DNA of 64,000 nucleotides from contig CM102285.1 in assembly GCA_046563655.1 (NCBI GenBank), forward strand, positions 4,278,001 to 4,342,000, in the 5' to 3' direction. The notes under the pieces were generated by a model. That model did not search any database and was not told the origin of the DNA. It worked only from the letters and a program-made list of their open reading frames with translations. Numbering within the stretch: the stretch's first letter is position 1; each line of letters starts with the position of its first letter. This stretch comes from Yuukianura sp. NJ FZ-2021. Its lineage: Eukaryota. A program made the translations under genes and the position numbers. Shown piece after piece: positions 1-15,100 of this stretch.

Positions 1-3000
1 TTAATCTTCTTGAAGGAAAATTCCTAAGTCAGATCTACCGCAATTCACAGACTAATTCCAATTGCTCAAAAACTGAAAGTTGTTACGGAGTACGAGGTAT
101 CCTAAAGGAGCCCATGAATCATATTCATTCAATTTTTCCTTCTTATGGTTCTAAACCAACCCTAACATTTCTTCTTCACTTTGGAATACCAAGGAGAACT
201 GGATCTGTATGATTTCAATTCAACTAGGTTGAGGCAGGTGATAATGGTAATTAATCTTTATTCAGGTGAGTAAACGAATCCCACACAATGTCCACTGGAT
301 CCAATGTACCCTTAACATATCAGTGACTGGCTCTCCTTGGAAGGAGACAAACAAAATATAGGCGGCAATTCAAGAAACGATTATCTAATCTTCAAGATGT
401 TTTTCAAGGCTTCTCGAGCGTCCCTTAAGGATCATCTTCAAGATTCAGACTGTTCGGAAATCTGGGGCCCTTCAATTGTTCCGTTGTATCGACAAAAAAT
501 TCTGATTCAAAAAACAAATTTCAAAGTGTGTAAATAACCGACTTTTTGCCTCTCATCCCTTCCCTCCAGAAGAAGATCAATTGAAGTCTATGGATCCTGG
601 ACAAGCAACTTACAGTATGAGATACGTCGTACAAGAATGGGAAATTGATGAGAAATGCCATCTGAATCGTGACATAATTTTCCGCCTCTGGGGCCTTAAG
701 GGCTCCTACATAGCAGCTCTGCCTTCTGGACTCGAGCCCTTAAAATCGCTTTTAGACAATACTTTACCCCTTTCTGTGGTTGGCCATGGGGGTGTTTTTA
801 TTATTTTTTATTAGACTCTCTTGTACTATCATTGAAGCTCGGCAGAATGTACTTTATGATTGCAGCTTCAAAGTAGAAGTAGGAAAGGGGCTTCAGAGGG
901 CCCTTAAGTCCCCATTCTTGTTTTTGCTCAAAAAGGTGTGTCAGTTCCTGCCGCTGGCCAAGTCCTTGGCCTTCCTTTCCCTTCTCAACAGTAATAATAG
1001 CCCATTTGCCCATTGCTCCAGAACACAAAAAAAAAGTTTGAAGGCCCTTGACAACACTGTAAGGGATAACTGTAAGGGGGCCCTGTGAATTCAAAACTTC
1101 AGAAAATAACAAATTAAGAGGCAAGGTTTTTGAACTGAAAATGAATGCAATTAATAACGGGCCCTTGAAGAAATGCCACTATAGACCCTTAAATTTTGAA
1201 TGGGTGCTTGGAAATCAAAAATAAGTTTAAGAAAACTTGAAATTTCGAGAGTTGGTTTGGTTATGATTGCAAAATGGTAAGCAAATACAAAACGAAAAAT
1301 ATAATAAGGTTTATAATAAGGTTTGGTTGATATCCTTTCATTTCCTTAAATGAAAATCAATTATGATTCAATTATGAGATCCTCATTTGTGAATATTCCT
1401 GAGATTTTTTTTTTTTTTGGAAAAACTTGAGTTCAAACAAAAGTTCAAACATTTTGAAAATTTTGATTTATATTTTTTTTTCTGGCGAAACTTTTTTCAA
1501 AGAGGGAAGGTTGCGTAACTAGAATTCGATACAACGCTGAACTCAGAAGCTCGCCCATTGTGTGTTGAATTTTTTGTTGAATTTGCAAGCGATACGGCAG
1601 ATGTTGGATTCGAAATTTTTTGAAAAGTCAGCTTTTCAGCGCGGTTGCATGTGGAGTATGAAAATGCTTAATACAGTCGGGGAGCTTTTGGAATAATATC
1701 GTACAAAGGAAAAGCTGAAAATCATCCATCCGAAATACTTTGCCCCAAGCCTCAATTTCCGCCTAATAGATGCGAGTTAAGTCCAGGCTGACGATTATGC
1801 TGCAACAACTTATTCATAATTAGCCACTTTGATTACAGAGCTGGGCAGGTAGAGTAAAACCACAGAAAATCATCAGCAGCAGAGCATGACATTGATTTGG
1901 AAACGCAACAGCACAAATGGCAGTCCTCCAACTGTCAAAATTCCAAGAAACTTTTTCGCATTTTTTCTTTAAGTTTTTCCAGTTTTTTTGTTTTTGTTTA
2001 GCAACATAAGCACTAGGATCAAATTCTGAATTTTTTCCTATTTTTCAAACTTATGCCAAAATTAGGTCATAATCCACTGGGATAAAAAAATTGAAAAGCA
2101 GCTGCTAGCAGACTCAGATTTAAAATTTGTAACAGGGGAGCAGAAACTGCTGAACTAAAAGGAAAGTGAACATGAGTTTTTTTTTTTTGAAAAACCTTGT
2201 TTTTAAAATTTGAGAATTTTCCCATGCGACGCTGAAACCTTTCCTGTGGTCTCATCCTTCTGTGCCCTAGATTTTGTCGCTTCTGCTGGTGGTCGCCTTA
2301 TGAAGAAAAAAGATGTGGCCTTTGAAACAAAATTTTTTCTCGTCTTGAAAAAAAAACGTCGGGATTGAATTTCTTTTGAGAAAATTTTCTCTCAAGCCTT
2401 ATTTTAAAAAACGACCAGTACAAAAACGGGTTTTACAGCACAGCAGTTACAAAAACGTTTACAATAATCACACAGTAAGGGAAAAAAATACTAAGAAAAA
2501 CTATCGAATCCCATAGCATTTGGTTCCGTTGATCATCGAAGGTTCAGGACAATGACCTCTGGTGACATGTGCAACTTAAATAAAAGTACGAAACTAAAAA
2601 TTTTGTGAAAAAAAATTACATCGCGGTGCATACTGACTTAATCCGTATTTGTTTAAAAATTTTACCTCCCAATTTTTCTTTCAAATACAAAACAAGTATT
2701 TGTATACTTGTATTAATACTGCTTATTTCTAACGCTTTTTTGTGCATTAACATGGTTTTTGCTATCAGTCACAAAAGTGAATTCTAAGTTTAGCGACGAC
2801 GTCAAAGTTTTTCGAAAAAAAAAAAAACAATTTCAAAATTTCACTTCCAGGAAAACATCTTAGAGGCTTCGTCAGCTCAGTAATTTGAGCAATATTTTGA
2901 ATCTTTTAAAGCAAAGTGCATTTTACTTTAGAGGCTTTTCGAACATGGTTAGAAATGAAGTGACCAAGCAGCCCTTAAGGGGTCTCCGGTTGGTGTCGAG

Positions 3001-6000
3001 TAACCCTTCTCGCTTCCAGCAATCCAAATGACTCGACACCTTCCGCTCCATGAAACCACCAACTATTCAAGAAAGCAAAGAAAAATACTTTAAAGAAACA
3101 ATAATGTCACTGTCCAGAAGTTTAACAATCTGAAAGGCTGAGAAATGTTTCAAAATCTCCCACTATGTCTTTCGGAACTAAGAAAGCCTTGAAGGGTCCC
3201 CATCTTCCCTAAGGCCCCTCCTTGAAAATCCCTTTTGCCAGAAGACATTTCTCCACAGGTCGTTGGAAACAGAGTTATGTTGAAGTTATTTATTGTCGGA
3301 GTGCGTAAATTGGAAGAAACCCGAAATCGGGTACAATTTCACTTTCGACCCGAAAAAGATGAAAACGGGCAGGAAGTGGAGGAGACTTTGAGTCAGTGGT
3401 GTCATGCCGTTAGTCAAAAACCGTAGGATTTAAAGGTTAATTTAAAAGTTGTTCTGGATGGTGTTTTAAAAAGGGGGCCCTTTTCAAATTGGATTCAACA
3501 AAAGGGCCCAGGGAGCAAGGAGCCCTTAGTTTTCTAAAAAGGACCCAGATTACTTTTTAAAAGTGCACTTGGATAGAGGCTTGTAGGCTTTGGATTTAAA
3601 TTTTAAAAACTGTCTATTCTGGATCTGGCAGAGGGTGTATAGAATGGATTCTTGTTCAAACAATGGTCTGTTTCTTGTTTTCAATTTTTCACTTTGGACA
3701 TTTTCTTAAGGTGGCAGGCAAAAATATGTCGTGACCACTTTGTGACCCTTGGAAGCTTAAATCTTCGTTTCAAAGGGACACTACTGCCACTGCGGTGTAT
3801 ATATTTCGAAGGATACGAAGAATACCTTCGGTCTTCTTCATGTTCAGTGATAATCGCTTGTCAGATTATCTTAGAGAAAGGAACTAAATCATACATGAAT
3901 ACACTTAAAAACGGTATCCAGCGGTGTTACTATGGTTAGTTGGACAAGGAAGGTGATTTACCTAGTTAAAACCATCACTAATAAAAAGAATGTATTTAAA
4001 ATATATCTAAAACTACGAACTTAACCCAATTAGCCTAAGCTATTTAAAACCTAACATTACTAAAACTAGCAGATTGTTGTAGGTTAGACTAACCTTGTTT
4101 ATCTCACTTTTGCCTAAATAAAATGTTTTCTCCGAAAACGTAACGCTTGATTTAATAAAAGCTAAACTGATGACAATTTTTTTTTTGGATTTTGGAACAA
4201 TAGCAAACAGGAGCGAAAAGTGGTTCTTGGAAGCTTTTCAAAATTTCAAAAGTTTTAGGTTAGTGATGAAGGCAGTTTGAAGAAAGTTTTTTGCACGCGA
4301 CGCAAAATTCTGATGCAAACGGGATGAGTCAGAAGAGAAAGTTTTCCAAGTATTTTTCCCCTGTTTGGTTTTATGGGGCGGCGGTTTGAGACCAGTTTCT
4401 ATCTTTTGCCAAAATCTGTTTTTTCGAAAACAACAACAGTTGATTGTCTAGTATTTTGCGGAGTTCAAAACAAAAACATGTGGTAAATGGACCTACGGAA
4501 ATGCAAAAAAAAAGTGTGTAGGGGACTTTGCCAAACCATGAAGATGGTTGTTATTGCTGGCTCACCGGAAGGAAAAAGAATTAGAGCAAAACGATGACTG
4601 TATCCCTCCCTGCTCATCGCTGGATCCAATCTTCCCGAAAACTTTCGAAAAAAGCAGGCCTTTACTTCCTGTCCGAAGAGGTCACGCAAGGGCCTGTGTC
4701 CTCATGTGCTCTGCAAATCCGGAAACTAACATGCTGAGAACAAAAAATCTATGATATATTTTGGTTTTTGTCAAATCCGGAATATTCACAACTTGTTTTT
4801 AAACAAACGGTATTCACATTTGGTGAAATTTGTGTAACTCAGCAAGTCAAGCTTTGAACGGAATTAGGTCGGAGGTCAAGTAGATCTGAGGTTTGATACG
4901 ACATCGTTTTTGGGAAATTTCAAAATTCAAAAAAATTGTGTTAACATGGTGCTCCACACCTGTTATGCAGAAGCCATTTGATAGAATATGACGTTGAAAA
5001 TTTTAAATTGAGTTCATCCTGTTTTTTTCTTTTCTAAAATTTACAGTGTCACTGGCATTCTTTGAAAAATTGCCTGGGAGAGGAGGACTTGAGGGCTCTG
5101 TACGTTTAAAAATGTTCTTTTTTGTTAAGCTATTTCTAAAAATTTCTCGCTTCTTATTTCATAGTTTCAAAATAAAAGGATTCTTCCGTCTCTATTGTTG
5201 TCTCACATGATCTCCACATTTCAATTTCATCCCACATTCATCTTCCTGCCTAAAGGAAATTGTAAAATTTATTTTCTCCTGACCAAGGTCAACCTACGAT
5301 GTACAGTCACTGGGTCACTCAACCCAAACCTAACTTTTTCTGTTCCCTCAGGGCTGTAGAATTCCTAAGATTCTGATTTTTTTGATGACAAGTTTTTGCG
5401 TACGTGCTTTGCCTCTCAAAGGTTATTTTACTAGATTGCTTAACATACTAGCTTTCATGACCACTTTACGTTAATTAGTTTAGTATTTAAACTTTTAGTT
5501 AAGGTTAGTTTGGTTAAGTTGATTAATTCAATCAACTTGATTTCGTTTTGTTTTGAGATGCACATTACATGTGACATCAAAAACATTTTAGCGTCCTTAC
5601 AATAACGAACTGCATAGAAAACGAGAGAAATACAAACTGAAACTCTCACAGTTTTTCCGCTGGTACACAACTTGTGTAATGCAAAGGAGGTGCTGTTTTT
5701 AGCTTTTTAGATATAAATTCGACCGGACAAAGTTTTGTGTTTAATATCAAATCCGATTTTTTCAATTTCTTTGATTTTGATGAAAATGGGAATTCCTTCG
5801 TCTCTAATGGTTATTGTGACTTTTGGTCTCCTGGAGACGCATTTGCTATATGAGATGTTGAAGACGAATCTTATTTGATGCCATTTTTATTGTGTTTTAG
5901 TACAAAACAACATGAATCTTCACAATTGTACTGCTTTTGACAATATTAACACTGAAATGTGCAATATTCCAGTTGACCTTTGTGGAAGGAGGATCCGCTT

Positions 6001-9000
6001 TGACCTTGGCTGGGCTGAACCGTTGACCCTCTGGATCCCACTGTGGTCGTCCAGAATTGAATCCGAGCAAGTCGTGACCACAATTATTCACAGTCACTCT
6101 TCCCTCCATAGTTAGCGATGTCTTAGGGAGGTGTTTGAGTACCTCACAACTATTTCAAGGCCCATTTTGATGGAAGGGAGTACTTAGAGTGCTAGAATTC
6201 CCTCCATACAATTCCAAATGAATGGCTCCCATTTTTTGTTCTGGAGTCGAACTGGAATTGCTCTGTTCAAGGATGAGGTAGGAAGGTGTTAAGACGCCGT
6301 TCCCAGCGTCTTCACAAGAGTGGAATTATACCGACACATTTTTAATGTGTACCGCCCAATTTCCAAAGAGACGCAGGGAACACAACATATCTTGGCATGT
6401 ATGAACGGTCATTTCTGTACGGTTAGCTACGAACAGTCACTTTAGGCACGGTATTTTCAGAGCAGTTGTGGCTTATACATTTCCCAGGTTACGTTTGGTT
6501 CTGTATGCGTCCAGAAGTGACTGCCCATAAACATATACGTACGTAAGTTACCGTCCGATAGAGTCCAGGGATCGGAACTTGGGAGCCCTTGCAACTTCCA
6601 GGGAACCTTATTTTTACACTCAGTTCGTAAATCATGGAGGCCTCAATTACTCTTAAGGCCATGTCCGCAATTTATTCCAAGTCCGGGACAATGGAAAAAT
6701 TATTTTTATTAGTTTTGTAGTTGTAGCTCCTTGGAAAACCACTTGGACCGCATAGATACATAGAGATGTTGCTGGAAACAGGATCTTTGGAACTGGTCAA
6801 GTACGACGGTTAGAGATGATAGACTAGGCAGAATTTAATTGTTATAATTTCTTTCAAATTGGAATGATCTCACAAATTATAAGCAACAAAATCATTAGGT
6901 ACTGATTGTAAACCACTTTACTTGAGTTCAGCATTTTTTCCACCAAGCTTATCAACCCACGCAATTTTTTGTACCAGTTTGGCACATTACAGAACATAGG
7001 CGAAACATTATTGAGTCAAGATGGACATTTTTTCGCTGATGTTATACATCTTTTGAAAAGTAATTTTGAAACAGCGATTTTCATTTTAAATTTTCAAAAC
7101 AACTTTTGGTTTTCAATACGAAATTGATGTTGACTAACGAACTTTCTGTCAATGCTTGTTACTGTTAGCTTGCACTGCAATGTTCGCTACAAAGCTGTTA
7201 TTGCGCAGACGTGAAGCGTCACTTTTGGTGCCCTGAAGCGTGTCTCATTAGCTGCTTCATTGCTACCACACATGGAAAAGATAGTATATATTTAAACTAG
7301 AAAATATTTTGGAAAATTTTCCTAAAGGAGAAACACTCATCAAAACCGGAAACCACATCAGCTCTCTTCCCCTTAATTAATCGCTTAATCAGAAGTTAGC
7401 AAAACACACTCCAATTAGTGATATCACACTTTAAAACCTACGTTCTCCAAACCGATGAATTTAAATCGCAGTTTTGTCTTGTCACTTTAACGACCGTCCA
7501 AAGCTGGCTTTATAAAAAACCTAAGTGTAATTTCGTATTTCCTGCCCCAGACTTCGATCTGTGGCTTCCACAATCTGTGTTCAAAGTGAAGCTTTGATTC
7601 GGAATAACCCCATTACGTAATAACGTACTTTTAAAATTTGGAGCCGTTGCGGTTTAGCAATTTCCTGTGACTCCAAATCCAGCCAAAATTCTCAGGAGTA
7701 GGCCACCCATGGAAGATCCAGTTCCAGGAGGGCGGCTTGAAAAAGTTACAAGGAGAGCCTTTGTGCAAAGATGTCATGCACAAACTGCCGCCTCGTTTTT
7801 GCAATTTTTTGCACAAGTTGAAACTAACCATCTGCTAATTGTACGAGGAATTGGAAAAGAGACTTTGGAATGGTGAAAAGCATAAGGTAGATGGAGGCGA
7901 ATCCAGTAATTTGCACACAAGACAAACACGTCAAGGATTTGATCACATCCTATGAAGATGATGAGATGAGCCCATTGTAATTTTGGAAGACTCCGCGTTT
8001 AGGTGATGTTTTGCAACTTTTGGGAAGTTGTTTACCTTCGAAAGACGTAAGCGTAATTGTGGGTCTCAATGAAGCAACGAGGTACTTAAGGGACATATCC
8101 AAGGGTACTAGACAAATAAATGTCAGACTCCGAGCAGACACCGTCTAAATTCGCAATACTTCAGCCTCCCAGGGTGCTCCGTTCGCAAGTTTTTGCAAAT
8201 TAAGATTTGCAAATTACAGATGATGTCAACAGGAAATGGGAACTTTTTATTGTTTTGCAAAGTGCCAAGAGACTTGTGATGGCATTGAAGCCGTTTTTTA
8301 AAACTTGTTTGTCTGTATTGAAATTGGAAATTTGGAGTCCAAATATGAGGAGAGAAACCTTGCAAAACTGAACAGAACTAATTTGAAATTTGAAAGGCTC
8401 AATAAAATAGACATTAACTATGCTCTAAAGAGTTCTTCAAGAAAAAACAATGTTCAATGTTAAAGTGTTTATAAATACCGTTGAGGGTTGAAGCCTTTTT
8501 TAGGTCATTGTGACCTATGACTCAAATTTTTAGACAAGTTTTATGAGGTACTTTTTCCTAAATTTTAACATGGGAAAATTCGATTGGCCCAAGGTTTTGT
8601 TCCCATTAGCTTTCCCAATGATGGCAGAAAAAACGAGGCCAACACAGGTCACTGCGGAATTGTTTAAAATTTTTTAGTATAGAATATGAAAATTCGTTAA
8701 CATTCGATGAACAAATTCGAATTTTTCATAAATAGTAATATTTTAAATTGGGTCAAAAATTTCAATAGTATCATGTTTTTTTTTAATTTTAAAGGTTGTT
8801 GTCGTTTTAAAAAATTTTTGGTTACTCGTAGTCAATCAGAAATTTGCAACTACAAAATTAGAACAAACAGCAACAATTCCACCCCCATGATAATTGTTGA
8901 CTTTCACTTTGTTCATATTTTGCTCAATTGGATCCAGCTCCTACTTTTAGTAAAAATTTTACAAATAGATTGGTAAATTCAAATTGAAATGATCAAACAC

Positions 9001-12000
9001 AGCCATAAATTCGAATGAGCAAATGTATTTAATTTACTGGAGTCAAGTGCACTTGTGCATTAACAACGATCGATACAGAAGACATATTGGTAAAACTAGC
9101 TCTTCAAAAAAAAACTAGTATTACTCTAGAAAAAAACACAAAGATACGCATCTTCTCTAAACATACAACTTAAAAAAAACTCGTGACAAAAAGCGTAATA
9201 GTTTGCTCCGCTCCTCCAAGTACTTTTTGTATACTATATTATATAGTATCATATGTAACAAGTATTTTAAATAGTTTTATTTTAAGACACATTAGTTAGC
9301 GAATTACAAAATATTTTTGTTTCTTTAAATTTTGCGTGACTTAGAATAACATCAGGGGAAATGTTGTTTTGTTTTTGTGTTTTTTTTGTTTTAATGTAAC
9401 TTAACTTTCTAAACAATTTCATTTTTGTATAAATTGTACATAACAATCGCATACTGTTGTCGGTTTTCGTTACAACTTTTGTTTTTATGAAGTCTGTGGT
9501 ACAGAGTACAGCACCTAATTTTTTGGACTTTTCCATTTTTAGACGATACAATTTTCCTATTTTTTTAAACACCCAATGAATTCATATTGCCCAAAAATCT
9601 TTCAATTTCAATTAGAAAATGTTAAAAATTTGTGCGAAACAAGAAAATACACCTCCACCGCGCGCACCCAAAGTTCAGAAACATTTTTAGGACCAAAGGA
9701 GATATATACTACACTTAAACTATAACTTGTACACATTTGAATATTATTTATAAAATATTAATATAAAAATTCTTAACTGTTAAATATAATATTTACAACC
9801 ACCGAAAACCCCGTTTGTTTTTCAAGAAAAAGTGTCTACTCCAGTTTAGCGCACCCTAACATCAAAAACCAAAGTTTGAAGTTTTTTCAAAAAAATATTT
9901 TGAAAAATTGAAAACTGAAATATCCCTTTTTCTCAAAGCCCTGTTAAAGAGGTTGGTGTTAAATGCATTGTTGTCTGGCTTTCTTTGAATTTATGGAATC
10001 CTGTTATTTTGGAACTGGAAAACCGCATCAGCGTTTTCAAAAGTTAGAAAACGCGGACCGACCATAACCGCAGCTAACTAAACTTAAGTTAATTTGAAAT
10101 AAAAACTAACTAAATGTAAGTAACTTTTTTCACCTGAGATGTGGAAGGACATTCCTAAGAATTCCACAGTCCAAAACTACTTTGTAGTAAAATCTAGCAA
10201 TACTTTATAAAAGAAAATTTACAAAATGCATTCAACAGTAAAAACCAAAGAAAATGAAAACAAAGTAGCAAAAATGGAACTGCAGTAAATCAGCGGCCGT
10301 TCGCAAACTACGCAATCAGTCTCCCGGGGAAAGTAATGCAAATAGCAACAAAGTTTTTACTAGGAAAGACCTGTAGAAAAAACCATAATAATTTTATGGT
10401 TGGACCAAGTGTAACTATGTATGTATGTTATGTATGGAAGACTATGAAATTTCAAAGTTGAAAATTTTCAAGGTGATAGGGAAATGTGAATGACTTTTGG
10501 AACGGCTTGTCTCTGCGACTTCTCATCCACCCATTTACTCATGATCATGTTTAAAAATAGCCACTACAAGATCACATCTTTCTGAAACAAGTTAATCTAT
10601 GAATTCAAAATGTCTAATGGTAATCATGTTATTAATTCACACCAAATTATAAGAACTCATGCAGTTCACCATCAAACCAATACTGAAATGAAAATCATGC
10701 GAATCATGCAATTTTTGATAAAATGGACCAAATTATGAAACTCGAATTGATCACCGAATAAAAATTTAATCGGCGGAAAGTTGAAAAAAATGTTTACAAA
10801 TTGAAATCATGCAAATTATAACTCAAATTCACCAGGAATGGAAATGAAATTGCAAAACTTTTAAATTTAGTTTCAAAATGTAAATCTGAAATTTTAGTTA
10901 AAATGGAACGGTTTTATTTTGTGAAAAGTGGCGACTTAGACTTCGACTTCGAAATGATTAAAATTTAGAATTCATCGTTGTTAGGTTAGGTTAGACGCCA
11001 TTCGCCTCTTAAGCGATTCAGCGTCAATCGATACTTGAGCATGGAAAAATGACAAAGTCTTGGCAAAATATTTGCACAACTTAAGAGTTTGCCCAAGCCC
11101 AACAAATTAAGACGTTACTTTTGAATTTCAAACGTTCCGTTCAACTACTCCAGTGACACTTCAACATCTTCCAAAAAAGTCGTTGTCAACCTTGCCCAAA
11201 AGTTCATTCATCAATGTTTGAAAAACCACATCCTGTTTTTGGAAAAGTAAAGTCTATTGAGCTCCTCAAAATTTACTTTTCTTCTCCCTCCAAATCTTTC
11301 AGTTTTTGTTCAAGTTCAAAGGTCATTCACATGAAAAGCCCAAGGAGTAAGAAAGTTTATGCCGGAAGGTCAAACTGGTAGCAAAAGCTTTTGAAATTGA
11401 AATTTTGAAAAGCCGCTCTTTCGAATTTCTGCTATTTTCAGGGGGTATGAATCCCAAGACAAATGTAAAATGCCCAGGATTGTGACAAATTTAAATCCAA
11501 ATTCGAAAATTTCTGAAATTTGAAGCAACCAAGGAAATTATTTGTCCATTTCCACTCAAATTAGTACTTTTAGTGGAAGTGACCCTCTGCACTCTGCGCT
11601 TAATGATTTTCCGACATTGTAACTAATCTTGCTGTTGGACTTTTTTTATCCTGCTCAGATAGTAGGAAGGCGCAAACTGCTTAAAAATTTGAGGACAACG
11701 AACAGCCTCTCCCTAAGTGCAATTTCGCTGAAATTCTAATTCCGAGATGAATGAGAAAAGTTCAACTTAAATCTTCTGCAAAGTCCATTTGCTAAAAATA
11801 TGATCATGTTTGGTCTGGAAGAGGCTAATAAGCTGAAAAACCTAATACTGCGTACACAAACAGAACTAACAAGGCACCATACTTACAAGCAGACACTTGC
11901 AAATAACTAACAAGTTTGTCTACTGAAAAAGTAGGACTGAAGAACTACGTCGAAGTTAATAAGTTTAAGATGCGCGGGTGAATGGAGACGAATAACCTAA

Positions 12001-12194
12001 CTTAACCTAGAGTTAACCAAAAACTAGGATTAGAAAACTAAAGACTTGAACTAAAAACTTAACAAAAAGTAGAGAGACTTGCTGTTTAGCTAAAATTAGT
12101 TGAAGGAATGAATCAACTTGGAAAGGAATGAAAGCGAAAATAACGATTTTCTTGTCAGTTCAGATTTTGAAACGCTGGAGGCGACCCCTCAGCC

Positions 12195-15100
12195 TTACTT
12201 GTACAAGACCGTAGCTTCTGCGCAGCCCAAAGCAGCGATCGTCTGCGCATCCATTGTAGTTAGAAAGTGATGCGCACTGCTATGAATGTTGTTATTGTTG
12301 GTTTCAAAGTCAAAGTCCAGAGTGACAGAGGTCAACGGTTTGTCCCAGTTCCAGGTATCCATTTCAGAGAGTTCTCCGCCTGACGAAAGGTCATCGCTGC
12401 TGCACGTCGAGTCTAACTTGAAGTCACAGTCAGTCTGAAGTTGCAGAAAGTCATCGATTGCTTCCAGATCAAGTTCTCCAGTTCCAGTACCATGTTCATT
12501 GTCATCCACATTTGACACGATCATGATACAGTTACCGTTACCGTTGTCGTCACTGTTTTTACCGGGAAAGAACTCTTCAAACTTGAGAACAGGCGACAAT
12601 GGTTCATTTTTGATTGGCATCAATGGAATCATCTCGTCATTTAGAAGAAGTGCTGCCGGAATAGCAGAAGCTAAAATCGGAGCAGGAGCCGGAGGGTTGG
12701 CCACTTCAAATTCAAAATGGCTACTGTCAATCTCCACGGGTTCTTCTTCTACCTCTTCAGGCAGCATTGTATCAAAGGTACCAGTACAAGTCATGGGCAC
12801 TGCCTCCAAAACTACAAACAACAAAAATGCAAAATGGGATAGTAAAATGGAGTTTCAAAAAAACAACAACAGAACTATAAAAAATCTTTTGAGATCTCTT
12901 AAAAGTTGACTTGACAGGAAATAAAAGTTCAAAAATATACGGATTTTTACAACCTCAGGGAAACGGAAGAGTTGCGCAAATACTAATTTGCTGAGGCCCT
13001 AATTGCTAACACTTTAGCCCTTGTTTGGACTTATTTTTCAAATTACCAGTTTAACGCTGAGAGGTACAGTTCGCGCACAAATTGCCTTTTCAACAACAAC
13101 AGCCAAGGTTTCAGTTCAAAAATTTGCATTTCAAGGTTTGTTTTCAGAAAAAAATAGAAAGCAGTTTTTCAAAATAAAAATCAAACTAACTAAAATGTGG
13201 AATAAAATTAGCTCAAGGTTGGTACCTGCTTGAAGGCTGCGCCGACTGCTGGAATCGAAGAAGCTTGACTGCGCATGCCCGCTGCTCGACGAATCATCTT
13301 CATAGAAACTGCCACTTTCCGGAGAAATGGGGGTCATGAGGAACGGCGGAGACTCAGGAACTGTGTCCACTGGAGGAAATGCTAGCTGCGTAATACTAGC
13401 TCCATTACACTTAATAGATTCCTTGTACTTCTGATCAATTGTGAGCCTCATACCGAAGGCTGAGGGAGGAGTTTTAATAGCCGCATTTACAATTTGAATT
13501 TGATTCAATGGGGAGTAACCAGGAGAGCTAGTGCTGGAAGTGTCGCAGAACTTCTTGGGCGTCTCAAAAGTGCTTGAGATTCCGGGTGATTGACATGGGA
13601 GTGCCGTTCTACTGACTTTGACTGGAGTACGGGAACTGATCAACGCCTTGGTCGGAGTCACGTGGGACAATTTCCGACCAATTGCTACCGGTTCGGACTT
13701 AATTGAGCGGATTGAGCGAATGGTAGTCGGGGGAGGAGAAGTACTTGATGATACCATTGGAGAGTGCTGGTTCTGGACGGTGACTGTTGAGCCAGTTTTG
13801 CTGTTTTTGCGGGTAAATTTGGTCGACGGTGTCCCGGGGTCATCGGAAGCTCGTCCTCTCTTCTTCGGTCGATACTTGTAGTCTGGGTATTCCTGAGCAT
13901 GAAGAACCCGAAGTCTCTCGGCTTCTTCGATGTACGGACGACGCTCGGCTTCTGAAAGAAGTTTCCACTGCTTCCCAAGTCTTTTTGAAATTTCGGCGTT
14001 GTGTGTATCGGGAGACTTTTCACAGATTTTCTTGCGCTCGATTTGACTCCAAACCATGAAGGCGTTCATAGGCCGTTTGATGTGATTCGGCGGATGTTTC
14101 TTAGTCTGCAGAAGAAAAAAGAAAACAAAAGGATTCATTAGGCTTGAATCAATCAATCATGAAGTTCATAATGCGACAAAAAAGATTCTTTTGAAACGTA
14201 AAGTTTCAGAAGTCGAGGAAACACGTCTAATTGCATCATTGCTCAGCAAAAGTCGAATTGTGAGTGACATGGAGCCCTTGAAATGTTTTACTTTGATTCC
14301 AACCCTAGATAATGTCATTCTTCCGCTTTCAAAATTTGAAGTTCAAATTTGAACTTCACTAAAAAATTCTAACACAAAGTTAATTTATTCTAACACAAAG
14401 TTAATTTGTTTTTAATTTTCAAAAAAAATGATTGTATGAAACAGGTTTTCACCGTAATTTTTAGTTAAAAATACTCAAAAGAAATCAAAATTAAATCTGG
14501 ATACAAAATCAAATGGTGCAATTTTTTCTCCAAGCTAAAATTAAACTTCAATTTTTTCCTCAAATATTTTCAATCGATAACAAATTGCACGAAACTGCAG
14601 GATTTTGCCTCAGGGATTTTCGATTTGTTCCATAAAAACACATTTGATTGGCCTAAAATTGGAAATTGTTAGAAAAGGGAGTAACTATACACAACCAAGA
14701 CCACGCGCCGAATTGATCTCTAATGGTTATGTTTTCAGAATAATAAATTGTAGTAACTGAGGAAGTAAGTCTACTTTTTAATTGTATCCTGCCCATGCCA
14801 CTCCATGATTACTCCAGAAAAAAAATCCAATTCTTTGATTTTTCATAACAACACGAATAGTCTATGATGAAAGGTACTAGAAGATGAAATTGAGAAATGC
14901 TTCTCAGAATACAATTAATGGAACCACCCACAGGCTTTTCTGGATGGTTTTCTTATTTTGGACTTTTCAAAAGCCGCTGGCCAACAAAACAATTGAAGCA
15001 AGGTTAAACTTTCGTTACGTAAGTCATGAATGCATCAAACTCCCTCCTCTACCATGATTAATTCAACAATTGTTAAGAACAGGTCTCCCCATAAGACCAA

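Noticed and set aside
1..12000. Short ORFs (60-107 aa) in the left region
   Set aside because: No recognisable domains, many non-ATG starts, no consistent exon chain found.
12499..14059. Plus-strand and alternate-frame ORFs over SoxC exons
   Set aside because: Antisense shadows of the real CDS; likewise for ORFs overlapping RepHel, CK2, TRAPPC8, the zinc-finger genes and SCLY.
14366..14407. 21-bp tandem duplication (and the 19-bp one near 24668-24712)
   Set aside because: Ordinary slippage duplications with no further structure.
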